64,000 nt of DNA from Leadbetterella sp. (GCA_035299025.1 DATGXK010000019.1:22142-86141), one strand, 5' to 3'; positions 9,769-19,193 are shown, numbered from the stretch's first letter. Notes: generated by a model not told the origin, from the letters alone. Program-made: numbers and translations.

Positions 9769-10578
9769 TCAATCTGCCAGCTCCGTGTAAAGGTTAAAGA
9801 AAGTATCGGCGGAGTTTTCGTCATCAATAAAGGAATCAATCTGTCTGTCTGCTGTTTCATTCAAAGCATTTTTTATTGAATCATTCAAAGATGGGTTTGC
9901 TGTAACCACTACATCGGCATACTGACAACCAATTTTAATGAAACCGAGAAAATCTTGCGACCTGAGGTTGGCCAAGTTTTCGTCGCTTACGTCCATCATT
10001 TTTACTTTCGGGAACATATCGTCGGTGAATTTATGCTCGAAGACGTTGTTGTATACTGTAAAAATGGTTTTGGTATTCTTAAAAATAGGGTCGTTTTTGT
10101 ATGTTGTTTTCAGATACAACGGTATCAAGGCCGTCATCCAATCCGTACAATGCACCACATCGGGAGCCCATCCAAGTTTCTTCACAGTTTCTAACGCACC
10201 TTTACAGAAGAAAATTGCACGCTCGTCATTGTCGTCATAAAAATTACCAGTTTTGTCAGTAAAGACAGTCTTTCTCTGAAAATAATCTTCATTATCTAAG
10301 AAATATACTTGCAACTTGGCAGATGGTATAGAAGCCACTTTGATAATGAGTGGTTTTTCTTCTTCACCGATACTGATATTAATGCCTGAAAGACGCACCA
10401 CCTCATGAAGTCTATGCTTTCTCTCATTGATAAGACCAAAACGCGGTATTAATATCCTAATCTCCATGCCTCTTTCCTGCATTTCCTGTGGGAGTTTTCT
10501 TAAAAGGGAGGCGATTTCCGAAATTTCCAAGAAAGGGTCTATCTCGGAGGAGATGTACAATATACGCAGTTTACTCAT
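9769..10578 (-). CDS. short glycogen/starch synthase-like protein (GT5 N-terminal domain type)
   Basis: 269 aa. The N-terminus LRILYISSEIDPF...IRILIPRFG resembles the glycogen synthase N-terminal domain. The short form is common in Bacteroidota. Confidence 0.6.
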   Translation of the reverse strand: MSKLRILYISSEIDPFLEISEIASLLRKLPQEMQERGMEIRILIPRFGLINERKHRLHEVVRLSGINISIGEEEKPLIIKVASIPSAKLQVYFLDNEDYFQRKTVFTDKTGNFYDDNDERAIFFCKGALETVKKLGWAPDVVHCTDWMTALIPLYLKTTYKNDPIFKNTKTIFTVYNNVFEHKFTDDMFPKVKMMDVSDENLANLRSQDFLGFIKIGCQYADVVVTANPSLNDSIKNALNETADRQIDSFIDDENSADTFFNLYTELAD

Positions 10579-10628
10579 AAAAAACCAATAATGTTTCTAA
10601 AATATAGTATTTGAAACAAATACGGGTG

Positions 10629-10636
10629 CAAAGATA
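10629..10636 (-). promoter_or_regulatory. -7 box (TAnnTTTG) upstream of the glgA-like gene
   Basis: Minus-strand TATCTTTG followed by CA, about 50 nt upstream of the ATG at 10578. Confidence 0.45.
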
Positions 10637-10739
10637 CTAAAAAATAATCTATTAATATGCAAGTGTTTCAAACAAATTAGATTCCAATGGTTTACATTCG
10701 CTCATTTATGAGCCTCATTTCGGCAGTTTCGATTCACAA

Positions 10740-12149
10740 TCACAGATTGACTAGTCTACACCTCTCTCCTTTCCAAACGAGCTTTAAACCCAAATACTCC
10801 AAGTGAGCGTTGGTATAATCAAAAATAGGCTGGTTGCCTTCTATCGTAAATTCAAAATACTCTCTCAATGACTCTCCATAGATTTTTTCACAGGCTTTTT
10901 GAATATCCAAATAAGAGTACCCTTTCTTTAAATGGCCAAATTTTTTCCAGAGTAGCCGCATTACATCATCCAGGGTTTTTTTTTCCTTGAATTTCTTCCT
11001 GATTTTGATGTCCAGAATCATGGCCACCAATGCTCCTTTGCTGTAAACACTTACTTTCTTGTTCGGAATTCCTCTCTCATAACCGTCTACCCAGAGGTCA
11101 AAACTACTTTCTAACAAGGACTGACACGCCTGGTCGGCCTCCTCAAAATGCCTTCTGCAGGTGGTTTCTAGCTCGTGGAGGTATTCTTCATAAGTAATGG
11201 CTCCACTTTCGAATAGTACCTTGTCGCCATAATAGGTTGTGTAACCTTCAGCTACAAAGCAGGTTTCGAAGTAATTCTCATGGCCATAATTGTAAGGCAA
11301 AAGTTCTTTTGGTCTGATTTTGGCGATATTCCAAGCGTGAAACAGCTCATGCGAAGCCAAACCTAGAAAGTCGTTGTAATACGATGCCGGAATCACACCA
11401 TTTTCGCCCAGAACCATCATGGTAGAGTTGCGGTGCTCTACGCCATGATAACATGTACTTTCGGGAACAATAAGAATGAAATGATAATCTTCTTCCGGGA
11501 ACTCGCCAAATATACTGATTTGACGACGGGCAATTTTGGTCAAATCTGCAAGTAATTTTTGAATATCAAATTCAAATTTGCCCTGAATCCACAAATGAAA
11601 TTTAATACTTTCAACTTCAAATTCCTGATGAAAAACAGAAGATGACAACAAAAATGGTGAATCAAAAAAATGATGAATATCCGCAGGCCGTAATTTAAAA
11701 TAGTCACCTACTAACTCGGCCTTGATACCACAAACCAAACTTTGACCTTCGGCGTTCTTTCGGATATTAACTTCAAATCTTTCGTTTACTTTACCTGGCA
11801 AATAGAGCGTCAAATTGACCGGATTTACGTAAACGTATGAAGGAATAACCAAACTCGAACCTGCATTCAACTCCTTAGAAAAACACTGATAAGATATCTC
11901 AATAACTTGATTTTCAACAGATTCTACCCGCCAAATATTTTTTTCCTTCTTCTTCCATGGTAACCCCTGACCACTAGCGGTTTGAGCAGAGAAGTTCAGG
12001 ATGTTTTTAGCAAAATTTTGCAACTGATATCGGCCTGGTCTCCAAGTAGGAAGGTGCAAATCTATAAATTTGGGCTGCCCGGCGGGTAATAAAATCTTGA
12101 CCTCCACCAAGTTTTTATCTGTGAGAAACGAAAAAAAGTATCGAATCAT
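10740..12149 (-). CDS. M61-like (glycyl aminopeptidase family) metallopeptidase
   Basis: 469 aa with HELFHAWN (HExxH) in a context typical of M61. I could not see a clear C-terminal PDZ domain. Confidence 0.65.
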   Translation of the reverse strand: MIRYFFSFLTDKNLVEVKILLPAGQPKFIDLHLPTWRPGRYQLQNFAKNILNFSAQTASGQGLPWKKKEKNIWRVESVENQVIEISYQCFSKELNAGSSLVIPSYVYVNPVNLTLYLPGKVNERFEVNIRKNAEGQSLVCGIKAELVGDYFKLRPADIHHFFDSPFLLSSSVFHQEFEVESIKFHLWIQGKFEFDIQKLLADLTKIARRQISIFGEFPEEDYHFILIVPESTCYHGVEHRNSTMMVLGENGVIPASYYNDFLGLASHELFHAWNIAKIRPKELLPYNYGHENYFETCFVAEGYTTYYGDKVLFESGAITYEEYLHELETTCRRHFEEADQACQSLLESSFDLWVDGYERGIPNKKVSVYSKGALVAMILDIKIRKKFKEKKTLDDVMRLLWKKFGHLKKGYSYLDIQKACEKIYGESLREYFEFTIEGNQPIFDYTNAHLEYLGLKLVWKGERCRLVNL

Positions 12150-12183
12150 CCAATCAAGAGTTTTTTTATTTGAAAATTATTAG

Positions 12184-12191
12184 TACCTTTG
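12184..12191 (+). promoter_or_regulatory. -7 box (TAnnTTTG) upstream of rpmH
   Basis: TACCTTTG followed by CAG, 45 nt upstream of the rpmH ATG. Confidence 0.55.
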
Positions 12192-12235
12192 CAGTCCAAT
12201 TCAGAATCGAGGAACAAAATTAATAGAAAAAGGAT

Positions 12236-12391
12236 ATGAAACGTACATTCCAACCATCAAATAGAAAGCGTACTAACAAACACGGCTTTCGTGAGCGTAT
12301 GTCTACTCCAGGCGGAAGAAGAGTGATAACTGCTCGTCGTGCTAGAGGTAGATGGAAGCTAACTGTTTCGGATGAAAAATCTCACAAATAA
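12236..12391 (+). CDS. rpmH: 50S ribosomal protein L34
   Basis: Own translation: [51 protein letters not shown]. At 51 aa it is below the size cut-off of the supplied track. It sits in the classical position upstream of rnpA. Confidence 0.92.
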   Translation: MKRTFQPSNRKRTNKHGFRERMSTPGGRRVITARRARGRWKLTVSDEKSHK

Positions 12392-12422
12392 TATTTGAGA
12401 TTTTGCATTTAATTAAGATATT

Positions 12423-12445
12423 AGCCGCCTAGAGCGGCTTTTTTC
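12423..12445 (+). terminator. intrinsic terminator/attenuator between rpmH and rnpA
   Basis: AGCCGC-CTAGA-GCGGCT hairpin followed by TTTTT, 32 nt after the rpmH stop and 13 nt before the rnpA GTG. Confidence 0.7.
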
Positions 12446-12457
12446 ATATATACACAA

Positions 12458-12856
12458 GTGAGCAAAGAGAATAGTTTCGGCAAAAATGAGCGTATCAAGA
12501 GCAAGAAAACAATTTCGGCACTTTTTGACCGAAATTCTCCTGCCAATAGCTCTTTTTTGGTGTATCCGTTCAAAGTTATTTATCACACGAGCCTATCGGA
12601 AGACAATCTTGTTATATTTCCTCAAGTTTTGATTTCGGTTTCAAAACGAAAATTCAAAAACGCCACGGATCGAAACCTTGTGAAAAGAAGAACCAAGGAA
12701 GCGTATCGCACAAACAAAAAAGCTTTTGATTTTAACGCATTCGTAGCTTTTATTTATGTAGCAAATGACATCCTTGATTTTTCACCTATCGAGAAATCCA
12801 TGAAAACCATCTTAGCTAGGCTTGAAAAGGAAACTCGTGATAAAGCTAGCCACTAA
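12458..12856 (+). CDS. rnpA: ribonuclease P protein component
   Basis: 132 aa, basic, with a GTG start. The segment VSKRKFKNATDRNLVKRRTKEAYR resembles the RNR motif region. It lies immediately downstream of rpmH. Confidence 0.8.
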   Translation: MSKENSFGKNERIKSKKTISALFDRNSPANSSFLVYPFKVIYHTSLSEDNLVIFPQVLISVSKRKFKNATDRNLVKRRTKEAYRTNKKAFDFNAFVAFIYVANDILDFSPIEKSMKTILARLEKETRDKASH

Positions 12857-13198
12857 AGAAGGGAAAAAGCTAACGTGCGTTACAAAAACGGCCTCATAGG
12901 GCTTATTAGCAACAAAACCCGCAAAATTGAGCAGCCAATAGCCCGCTATCAAGAGGCCGATCTGAAGCAAAGCCAATATCCAACCCTTTTTAGGCTCCAG
13001 CAAGCCATAGAGCAAAGAAAACAAGATGATAAATAACAGTGGTATGTAAACGATAACGGCCTTGTGGATAATAAACACCTGAACGATAGAAAAAACTACA
13101 CACAATAAAATGTTTTGTCCGAATCTTAATTTTGGTATTGTCATTGCTGATATTAACTTTGATACAAAAGTAAAAATTATAGCTTTTGAATTTTTCAT
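12812..13198 (-). CDS. hypothetical small integral membrane protein
   Basis: 128 aa with about four hydrophobic helices. Its 3' end overlaps the rnpA 3' end by 45 nt. I recognised no family. Confidence 0.45.
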   Translation of the reverse strand: MKNSKAIIFTFVSKLISAMTIPKLRFGQNILLCVVFSIVQVFIIHKAVIVYIPLLFIILFSLLYGLLEPKKGWILALLQIGLLIAGYWLLNFAGFVANKPYEAVFVTHVSFFPSLVASFITSFLFKPS

Positions 13199-13249
13199 AA
13201 ACGATAAGCATATTTTTTGCGTTCTATTACCTTACTTGACAAATACTTT

Positions 13250-14923
13250 ATGAAAATATATTTTCCAAGAACAAAAAAAGCCTTCAATAAAGCAGCCATA
13301 GGCCTTGGCGTTGTGGGTATTTTAGGCTTTTCGGCTTATAAAACCGACGATAGACTATTTGAGATAGCTAAAAACTTGGATGTTTTCGCCACGATGTATA
13401 AAGAACTCAACGCTCTTTATGTAGACGAAATAAACCCTACCAAAGCCATGCGAGTAGGTATACAAGCCATGCTCAAAGAGCTTGATCCCTACACCGTTTT
13501 TTACCCTGAAGACGAAATAGAGGATTATTTCACGATGAATGTAGGTGCTTACAACGGTATAGGTGCCACCATCGAATACTTTGAGGGAAAACATATCGTA
13601 GCCATGCTCTACGAAGACTCTCCAGCAGATAAGGCGGGAATAAAAATTGGTGATCAGATTGTCAAAATCAATAATGTGGATGTAACAGACAAAACTGACG
13701 CAGAGTTTGGCAGATTACTAAAAGGACAAACAGGAACAAGTGTAAAACTGGCTTTGGAGAGAATAGGACAATCAAAACCGCTCCAGATAAGTGTAGGAAG
13801 GGATGTAATAAAAACACCAAATGTACCTCACTACGGCATGATAAACGACGAAGTGGGCTATATACAACTAACTGATTTCAGTAGAACTGCCGCTAAAGAA
13901 ATAAAGACCGCCACACTCGAACTCAAGGACAAAGGAATGAAAAACCTGGTACTGGATTTGCGTGGAAACCCTGGCGGATTGTTGAACATGGCTGTAGAAA
14001 TTTGCAATTTTTACCTACCCAAAAACTTGCTAGTGGTAGAAACCAAAGGAAAGGTAAAAGAATGGAATTATAAATACCAAACCAAAGAACAACCTCTTGA
14101 CACTGATATGCCGATTGTGGTGCTTATTAACGGCAGAAGTGCCTCGGCTTCCGAAATTGTTAGTGGTACTCTACAAGACTATGACCGGGCGGTACTTATT
14201 GGGCAGCGTTCATTTGGGAAGGGATTGGTACAAATTACCAAAGACTTAAGTTACAACACCAAAATAAAAGTAACCACATCGAAATATTATATACCCTCTG
14301 GTAGGTGTATACAGGCCATAGATTACGGCCACAGACAAGCCGATGGTAGTTTCGGCAAGTTGCCTGATTCACTCAGAGTACCGTTCAAGACCAAAGGCGG
14401 AAGGCTTGTTCTAGACGGTGCGGGAATTGACCCCGACTTGACCACGAACTCATCGCAGCAGTCTGATTTTACCAAAGATCTTGTGAAGCACAAAATGATA
14501 TTTAATTTTGCGAACAAGTACTATTTTGATCACCAAACAGAAAAGCCAAAAGAGAATTTTACATTGGACAACAAAACGAGTACGGAGTTTGACACCTGGT
14601 TGAAGTCTCAAAAGTACAACTATCAAACTGCAGACCAAAAAGGCATAGATGCTCTCATAAAAAGCTCGAAAGAGAGTGGAGAGTACAGCAAAATGAGAGC
14701 AAGTTTGGAAGAACTGAAAAGAGTAGCGGACCAAAACACCCAAGGCCTTGTGAAGAAAAATTGGGACGAAATCAAAGAAGCTTTAGAATTGGAAATACTC
14801 AGCAGATATTACTACCAAAAAGCCATGAAATTTGTTTCTTTTGAAAAAGACCAAGATATTCAGGAAGCCCTAAAGCTTTTTGCTAACCCTCAAAAATACA
14901 AATCAATTTTAGCTGGGAAATGA
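13250..14923 (+). CDS. S41 family C-terminal processing peptidase
   Basis: It has a PDZ-like segment (GIKIGDQIVKINN). RGNPGG, NGRSASASEI and GKGLVQ are S41 Ser/Lys dyad-region motifs. The ATG at 13250 (MKIYFPRTKK, TM anchor) is preferred over the TTG at 13217, which sits in a promoter-like TATTTTTTG. Confidence 0.85.
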   Translation: MKIYFPRTKKAFNKAAIGLGVVGILGFSAYKTDDRLFEIAKNLDVFATMYKELNALYVDEINPTKAMRVGIQAMLKELDPYTVFYPEDEIEDYFTMNVGAYNGIGATIEYFEGKHIVAMLYEDSPADKAGIKIGDQIVKINNVDVTDKTDAEFGRLLKGQTGTSVKLALERIGQSKPLQISVGRDVIKTPNVPHYGMINDEVGYIQLTDFSRTAAKEIKTATLELKDKGMKNLVLDLRGNPGGLLNMAVEICNFYLPKNLLVVETKGKVKEWNYKYQTKEQPLDTDMPIVVLINGRSASASEIVSGTLQDYDRAVLIGQRSFGKGLVQITKDLSYNTKIKVTTSKYYIPSGRCIQAIDYGHRQADGSFGKLPDSLRVPFKTKGGRLVLDGAGIDPDLTTNSSQQSDFTKDLVKHKMIFNFANKYYFDHQTEKPKENFTLDNKTSTEFDTWLKSQKYNYQTADQKGIDALIKSSKESGEYSKMRASLEELKRVADQNTQGLVKKNWDEIKEALELEILSRYYYQKAMKFVSFEKDQDIQEALKLFANPQKYKSILAGK

Positions 14924-15591
14924 TAATTTCTATCGATGCCTCCACTACGGGCTGCTCAGTAGCACTTTTTGATGGAGAAAACTTAATTTCTGCTGCTGAG
15001 TCAAGAATAGACCGCTCGTCTGCAGAGATGCTCACTACATTGATAGAAAATGTATTGAATACATCCAAAATCAGTAAAGGTCAGATAACAGCCGTCGCTG
15101 TAGCCAAAGGTCCAGGTTCTTATACAGGACTAAGAATAGCGGTTTCGACCGCCAAAGGTTTAGCATTTGCCTTAGACAAACCTCTCATTTCCTATGGCAC
15201 ACTAGAGATTTTGGCCAATCAAGTTACGGGAAACACAGAGACACTCATTTGTGCGATGATAGACGCCCGCAGAATGGAAGTTTATTCTGCTTTTTTTGAC
15301 AGCAAATCTAAGAAACAAGTTTCTGAAGTTGAGGCCATTATCATAGATACTGATAGTTTCAGAGATATCTTGGACCTCAACACGGTTTTGTTTGTGGGTG
15401 AAGGAAGTACAAAATGTAAGGATCTAATTCAGCACCCCAATGCTAGATTTCTTGATAATAAAATACTACCCAATGCTTCTTTCTCGGGAAAAATATGCTT
15501 TGAAAAGTATAGTAATGGGGACTTTGAAGATTTAACACTTTTCGAACCCTATTATCTTAAAGAGTACATGTTTAAAACAAAAAAGCCCTGA
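14920..15591 (+). CDS. tsaB: tRNA threonylcarbamoyladenosine biosynthesis protein TsaB
   Basis: 223 aa with IISIDASTTGCSVAL and GPGSYTGLRIAVSTAKG. An ATGA start/stop overlap links it to the upstream peptidase gene. Confidence 0.85.
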   Translation: MIISIDASTTGCSVALFDGENLISAAESRIDRSSAEMLTTLIENVLNTSKISKGQITAVAVAKGPGSYTGLRIAVSTAKGLAFALDKPLISYGTLEILANQVTGNTETLICAMIDARRMEVYSAFFDSKSKKQVSEVEAIIIDTDSFRDILDLNTVLFVGEGSTKCKDLIQHPNARFLDNKILPNASFSGKICFEKYSNGDFEDLTLFEPYYLKEYMFKTKKP

Positions 15592-15605
15592 AATTCAGGG
15601 CTTTT
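15581..15605. terminator. bidirectional terminator between convergent tsaB and hpf
   Basis: AAAAGCCCTG-AAATT-CAGGGCTTTT, a 10-bp stem flanked by A/T runs on both strands. It overlaps the tsaB stop codon. Confidence 0.75.
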
Positions 15606-15608
15606 CGT

Positions 15609-15965
15609 TTATAAATCTTCTTCAACTTCCTCGGGGACCAGTGCCTCCGGCATATCTCTACCAATTGTTTTCGACTTTTCCTTAAACTGCTTCACTTTGC
15701 GTGTTAAGGTATCCATGGCCAAGTCTGTGGCTGCTTCGAAAGTATCTCCTATTTCCTTTACAAAAATCGAGCTGCCAGGCAAATTCAATTTAATTTCTAT
15801 CAGTTTTTTATGTGTATTCTGCTTGTCGCCTTTATCTAACCTGAGGAAAACTTCCCCACTTATTATTTTGTCATAAAATGTTTCGAGTTTGTTAAGTTTT
15901 TTCTGGATAAATTCTTTGAGTCCATTGTCGGCACTGAAGTGCACTGCATTTACTTCGATTTTCAT
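15609..15965 (-). CDS. hpf: ribosome hibernation/HPF-RaiA family protein (short form)
   Basis: MKIEVNAVHFSADNGLKEFIQKKLNKLETFYDKI is typical of the family. The ATG at 15965 is preferred over the TTG extension to 15992. Confidence 0.8.
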   Translation of the reverse strand: MKIEVNAVHFSADNGLKEFIQKKLNKLETFYDKIISGEVFLRLDKGDKQNTHKKLIEIKLNLPGSSIFVKEIGDTFEAATDLAMDTLTRKVKQFKEKSKTIGRDMPEALVPEEVEEDL

Positions 15966-16159
15966 ACTCACATTTCTATTTAGGTGAAACAAATAGTTTT
16001 GTTGAAGACTGAACTCTCAATCTTTGAAATGAAGTTATGTAATTAAACCATACCAACCAAGAAGTTTTGGCTAAATTTTCGAAGATATTTTTAAGCGGAC
16101 AGATTCCTATTTGGGACATTTTTTCAGAACCACCCACCCATTTTCAGAGTTGACTTTAA

Positions 16160-16185
16160 ATCAGTTTTTTACACAAAAAACTGAT
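16160..16185 (-). terminator. terminator-like A/T-rich hairpin downstream of the 514-aa gene
   Basis: ATCAGTTTTTT-ACAC-AAAAAACTGAT, a perfect 11-bp stem about 27 nt after the stop at 16212. Confidence 0.45.
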
Positions 16186-16211
16186 GTGCCTTTCGTTTAA
16201 AACGAATAAAA

Positions 16212-17756
16212 TTACCAGCCTACAAAATCTTTAAAAGTCCGTTCTATTACTTTTTCGGTTGGTTTGTTTTTTGCCTCCCAAGTGGCATTAAGTTCGAGAG
16301 CCACCAAGCCTTTGAGGTTCATGGTAGCCATAAAGTCATCCACTTTTTTGATAAACTCAGGATTTCTTCGCGAAGATTTCAAAGAGAAATCTCTCGAAAA
16401 AATATCACCTTTGGTTTGGAGCTCGTTTTTCTTTTCGATCACGTAGTTGAGCCTATCTATCAAATCCTTCATAGACTTCCCTATCACCTCTGTTGCCTCC
16501 AAAGTGCCTATAGTAAGCACTGTAGTACCACCAAAAGTGGAGATTAGTCTCTGTGTGTCGGGGTTATTCTTAGACAATATTGATGAAAGACCGGTAGTGG
16601 CTCCAAGTGAAGCATTTACCACAGAACGCTGTTTTTTGCCTTTTTTCGAGCGATTATAAGCCTTCTTCAGTTCTTCTTCTTTCTCTTTAAGCTGCTCTAA
16701 AAGCTCCCATGCCCTCGAAAGTGTACCAAAATACAAACCGTAATTCTTTTTATCGAGCTCGGCCTCGTTTACAGTATTCTTGATTGTGAAATAGATTCGC
16801 TTAACTTCTCGTTTTTTTGTTTTATCTAGCACAAAAAAATCAATATAAAAACCAAGGGTATCTTTGGGATCCTGTACGAACTCATAACCCGGAATCCAAA
16901 CAAACTCATACTGATTGTTGGTATTTTTAATAAGGCTCGTTTTCGGAATCCCTGTCTGATTGGTCAGAAAATCGAAAACCTGCACATCATCATCGCCATT
17001 TGGGTCTGAAAGATAAAATCTAAGATTCACGTTCTCATTTTCCTTAATCAGAAGATTTTCGTTTTTAGGAATAACTGTAATCTGAGGAGGGAGGTCCATT
17101 TGTGTGGCTTCCATCTTCAACTTACCTTTGGCCTGCGTCTTGGCGGGTTGATCCTGCACCATAAACTCCACAAACAACGGTTTTTCTTTCAGTGCATTAA
17201 ATTGGTTGCTCGATGGCCTCCAAGTTATTTCTCCTTGGGTCGACATGGCCATGCCCTCCGGAAGTGTTTCGAGCATTGGCACAAAAACTATCGGATCGTT
17301 ATCTTCATCATAAACCTTCTCTTGGTCTATTTTGTAAGTATTTGGACTGTTAAACTGCACATAAAATGTTCCTAAATCATTTATAACCGGTGTTCTGTTG
17401 GTATGTTGTACCTTCAAGTCCAGTATGGTAGTCAGCTGTCTTCCAGATTTATTCAATGCAATTACAACCATCTGAAAAATGCGTTCAGACTCTATTCTAT
17501 CTACCAAGTGATATGCCGGACTCCAATGAAAGTTACCAGTAGTATCGAGTTGCATTCCGGCTATTTTGCCCTGCTGTATGCTAAAAGAGAAATCGTTATC
17601 CGACGTATCGGCCGGACTAACGCCAAGTTTGAAACTCATTTCGGAGCCTTCTCTTACGATGTTCCAATTTTTATTTGTTGGTAGTATTATTTTGGATTGC
17701 TGACCCACAGCAATTTGACTTATCAGAATAAGTATCAAAAAGAATTTTGGCATCAT
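16212..17756 (-). CDS. exported hypothetical protein with Ig/cadherin-like repeats and a C-terminal helical region
   Basis: 514 aa. It has a signal peptide (MMPKFFLILILISQIAVGQQ). Three repeats of about 100 aa each end in an F.W.P-type motif (NFHWSPAY, EITWRPSS, EFVWIPGY). A Lys/Glu-rich coiled coil follows. I recognised no family. Confidence 0.55.
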   Translation of the reverse strand: MMPKFFLILILISQIAVGQQSKIILPTNKNWNIVREGSEMSFKLGVSPADTSDNDFSFSIQQGKIAGMQLDTTGNFHWSPAYHLVDRIESERIFQMVVIALNKSGRQLTTILDLKVQHTNRTPVINDLGTFYVQFNSPNTYKIDQEKVYDEDNDPIVFVPMLETLPEGMAMSTQGEITWRPSSNQFNALKEKPLFVEFMVQDQPAKTQAKGKLKMEATQMDLPPQITVIPKNENLLIKENENVNLRFYLSDPNGDDDVQVFDFLTNQTGIPKTSLIKNTNNQYEFVWIPGYEFVQDPKDTLGFYIDFFVLDKTKKREVKRIYFTIKNTVNEAELDKKNYGLYFGTLSRAWELLEQLKEKEEELKKAYNRSKKGKKQRSVVNASLGATTGLSSILSKNNPDTQRLISTFGGTTVLTIGTLEATEVIGKSMKDLIDRLNYVIEKKNELQTKGDIFSRDFSLKSSRRNPEFIKKVDDFMATMNLKGLVALELNATWEAKNKPTEKVIERTFKDFVGW

Positions 17757-17759
17757 TTT

Positions 17760-19193
17760 TTACTTTTTTGGAATAACTACACAAGGAAAGCCGAACAAAC
17801 AGCGGTCTTTTATGAAAGTAACTACTTCGGCTGGCACATGTTCCTCCCAGCCCTCTTCTCCTCTTTTGATCAAATCCAACATATTGTCTGTTTGAATATT
17901 TAGATTTGATTTATTGTAATGATAAATATCCTCAATCTTATTATTGGCTATCAAAAATCTATACAAGTCGTTGAGATGAGCCGGTGGATTGAATTTCATA
18001 CAGTTCATGATGATGTTGTTTCGCAAAGTAGGATAAACAAAAAGCTTAAGTTTTCTACTGAACAACGTGGCGAAAGACTCCAATATTTCACCCGGGAGGT
18101 CTTTATAGTTTTCTTCTGTAAAAATATACTCCAGATTTGGAAATCCGATAATGAGGCCAATCTTGAGTTTTGTGATTTTAGAAAGATACGCAACCAACTT
18201 ATAGTACTCCACGTAGTTGGTGATCATCACCGTTTGGCCTAGTGAGCACAAAATATCCACACGGTCCAGAAAATCTTTTTCGTCAATACTATCGTCTAGA
18301 CCTTCCTGAAGTGCATGCAAAGTCAGCTCAGAGACCACTATCATTTTGCTCTCATCAACATCGGGCTCCTGCACAAATTGCTTTACGCCGTTCTCAAGCA
18401 TATCGAGGTGTACATTGATAACTGGCCTAAATCTACCTCTTAGAACCAAGATATGTTTCTTGTAAAGCACATCAGAAGGCTGTAAGATTTTTCCATCCGG
18501 ACCAAAAAGAGCCAAGTCGCAGAAGCCATTTTTTACCAAACGTAAGCTCATCAATCTTCCGTCAACCTTCTCGAAGGCTGGTCCGGAAAACTTTATGGCG
18601 TCAATCTGAATCCTTCCTTTGGTAAGGTTATCACGAAGCGACTCAAGCAGAATTTCGGGCTTTTGGAAATAATGAAAACATCCATAAATAAGATTAACAC
18701 CTATTATACCAATGGCTTGCTGTTGCAAAAGCGTATCATTATCCAACATCCTGATATGCAGCACAATCTCATGAAATTCACCATTGGGTGTAAGCTGGAA
18801 CCTACAGCCCATCCAGCCATGTGGTTGGTTGGTTTTATGATAATTGAGCGTAACTACGGTGTTGGCAAATGAAAAAAACTGTGTGCTATCACCCCGCTGC
18901 TCATCAAGTCGCTCAATGAGTAAGTTATACTCATGATCAAGCATGCTCACCACACGCTCCTCGCAAACATAACGGCCATCTGCCACGGGACCATAGATAG
19001 CATCTGAGAATTTCATGTCATAAGCCGACATAGATTTGGCAATGGTGCCAGAAGCTCCACCGGCTTTGAAAAACGCAGCAGCCACCTCTTGCCCAGCTCC
19101 AATCTCGGCAAAAGTGCCGTAAATTTTATGGTCAAGATTTATTTTTAGGGCCTTTTGATTAATTCCCAAACCTAAATCATGCACTAGCGACAT
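17760..19193 (-). CDS. conserved-looking cytoplasmic protein of unknown function
   Basis: 477 aa with no signal peptide. The N-terminal glycine-rich segment is FAEIGAGQEVAAAFFKAGGASGTIAKS. I cannot assign a family from memory with any confidence. Confidence 0.55.
   Translation of the reverse strand: MSLVHDLGLGINQKALKINLDHKIYGTFAEIGAGQEVAAAFFKAGGASGTIAKSMSAYDMKFSDAIYGPVADGRYVCEERVVSMLDHEYNLLIERLDEQRGDSTQFFSFANTVVTLNYHKTNQPHGWMGCRFQLTPNGEFHEIVLHIRMLDNDTLLQQQAIGIIGVNLIYGCFHYFQKPEILLESLRDNLTKGRIQIDAIKFSGPAFEKVDGRLMSLRLVKNGFCDLALFGPDGKILQPSDVLYKKHILVLRGRFRPVINVHLDMLENGVKQFVQEPDVDESKMIVVSELTLHALQEGLDDSIDEKDFLDRVDILCSLGQTVMITNYVEYYKLVAYLSKITKLKIGLIIGFPNLEYIFTEENYKDLPGEILESFATLFSRKLKLFVYPTLRNNIIMNCMKFNPPAHLNDLYRFLIANNKIEDIYHYNKSNLNIQTDNMLDLIKRGEEGWEEHVPAEVVTFIKDRCLFGFPCVVIPKK

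Noticed and set aside
9762-9860. N-terminal extension of the DUF4270-like ORF overlapping the glgA-like gene by 92 nt
   Set aside because: The internal ATG at 9761 yields a canonical lipoprotein signal immediately after the upstream stop codon. The extension encodes no hydrophobic leader.
10594-10680. 8-bp inverted repeat TTTGAAAC ... GTTTCAAA about 55 nt apart, between the M61 and glgA-like genes
   Set aside because: It is short and AT-rich, and the spacing is too large for a stable hairpin. It is compatible with chance in AT-rich intergenic DNA.
13063-13071. Perfect DnaA-box consensus (TGTGGATAA, reverse complement of TTATCCACA) near rpmH-rnpA, raising the possibility of oriC
   Set aside because: It is a single copy inside a coding region. 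A 9-mer is expected by chance about 0.5 times in 64 kb on two strands. There is no cluster of boxes, no AT-rich unwinding element and no dnaA or dnaN nearby.
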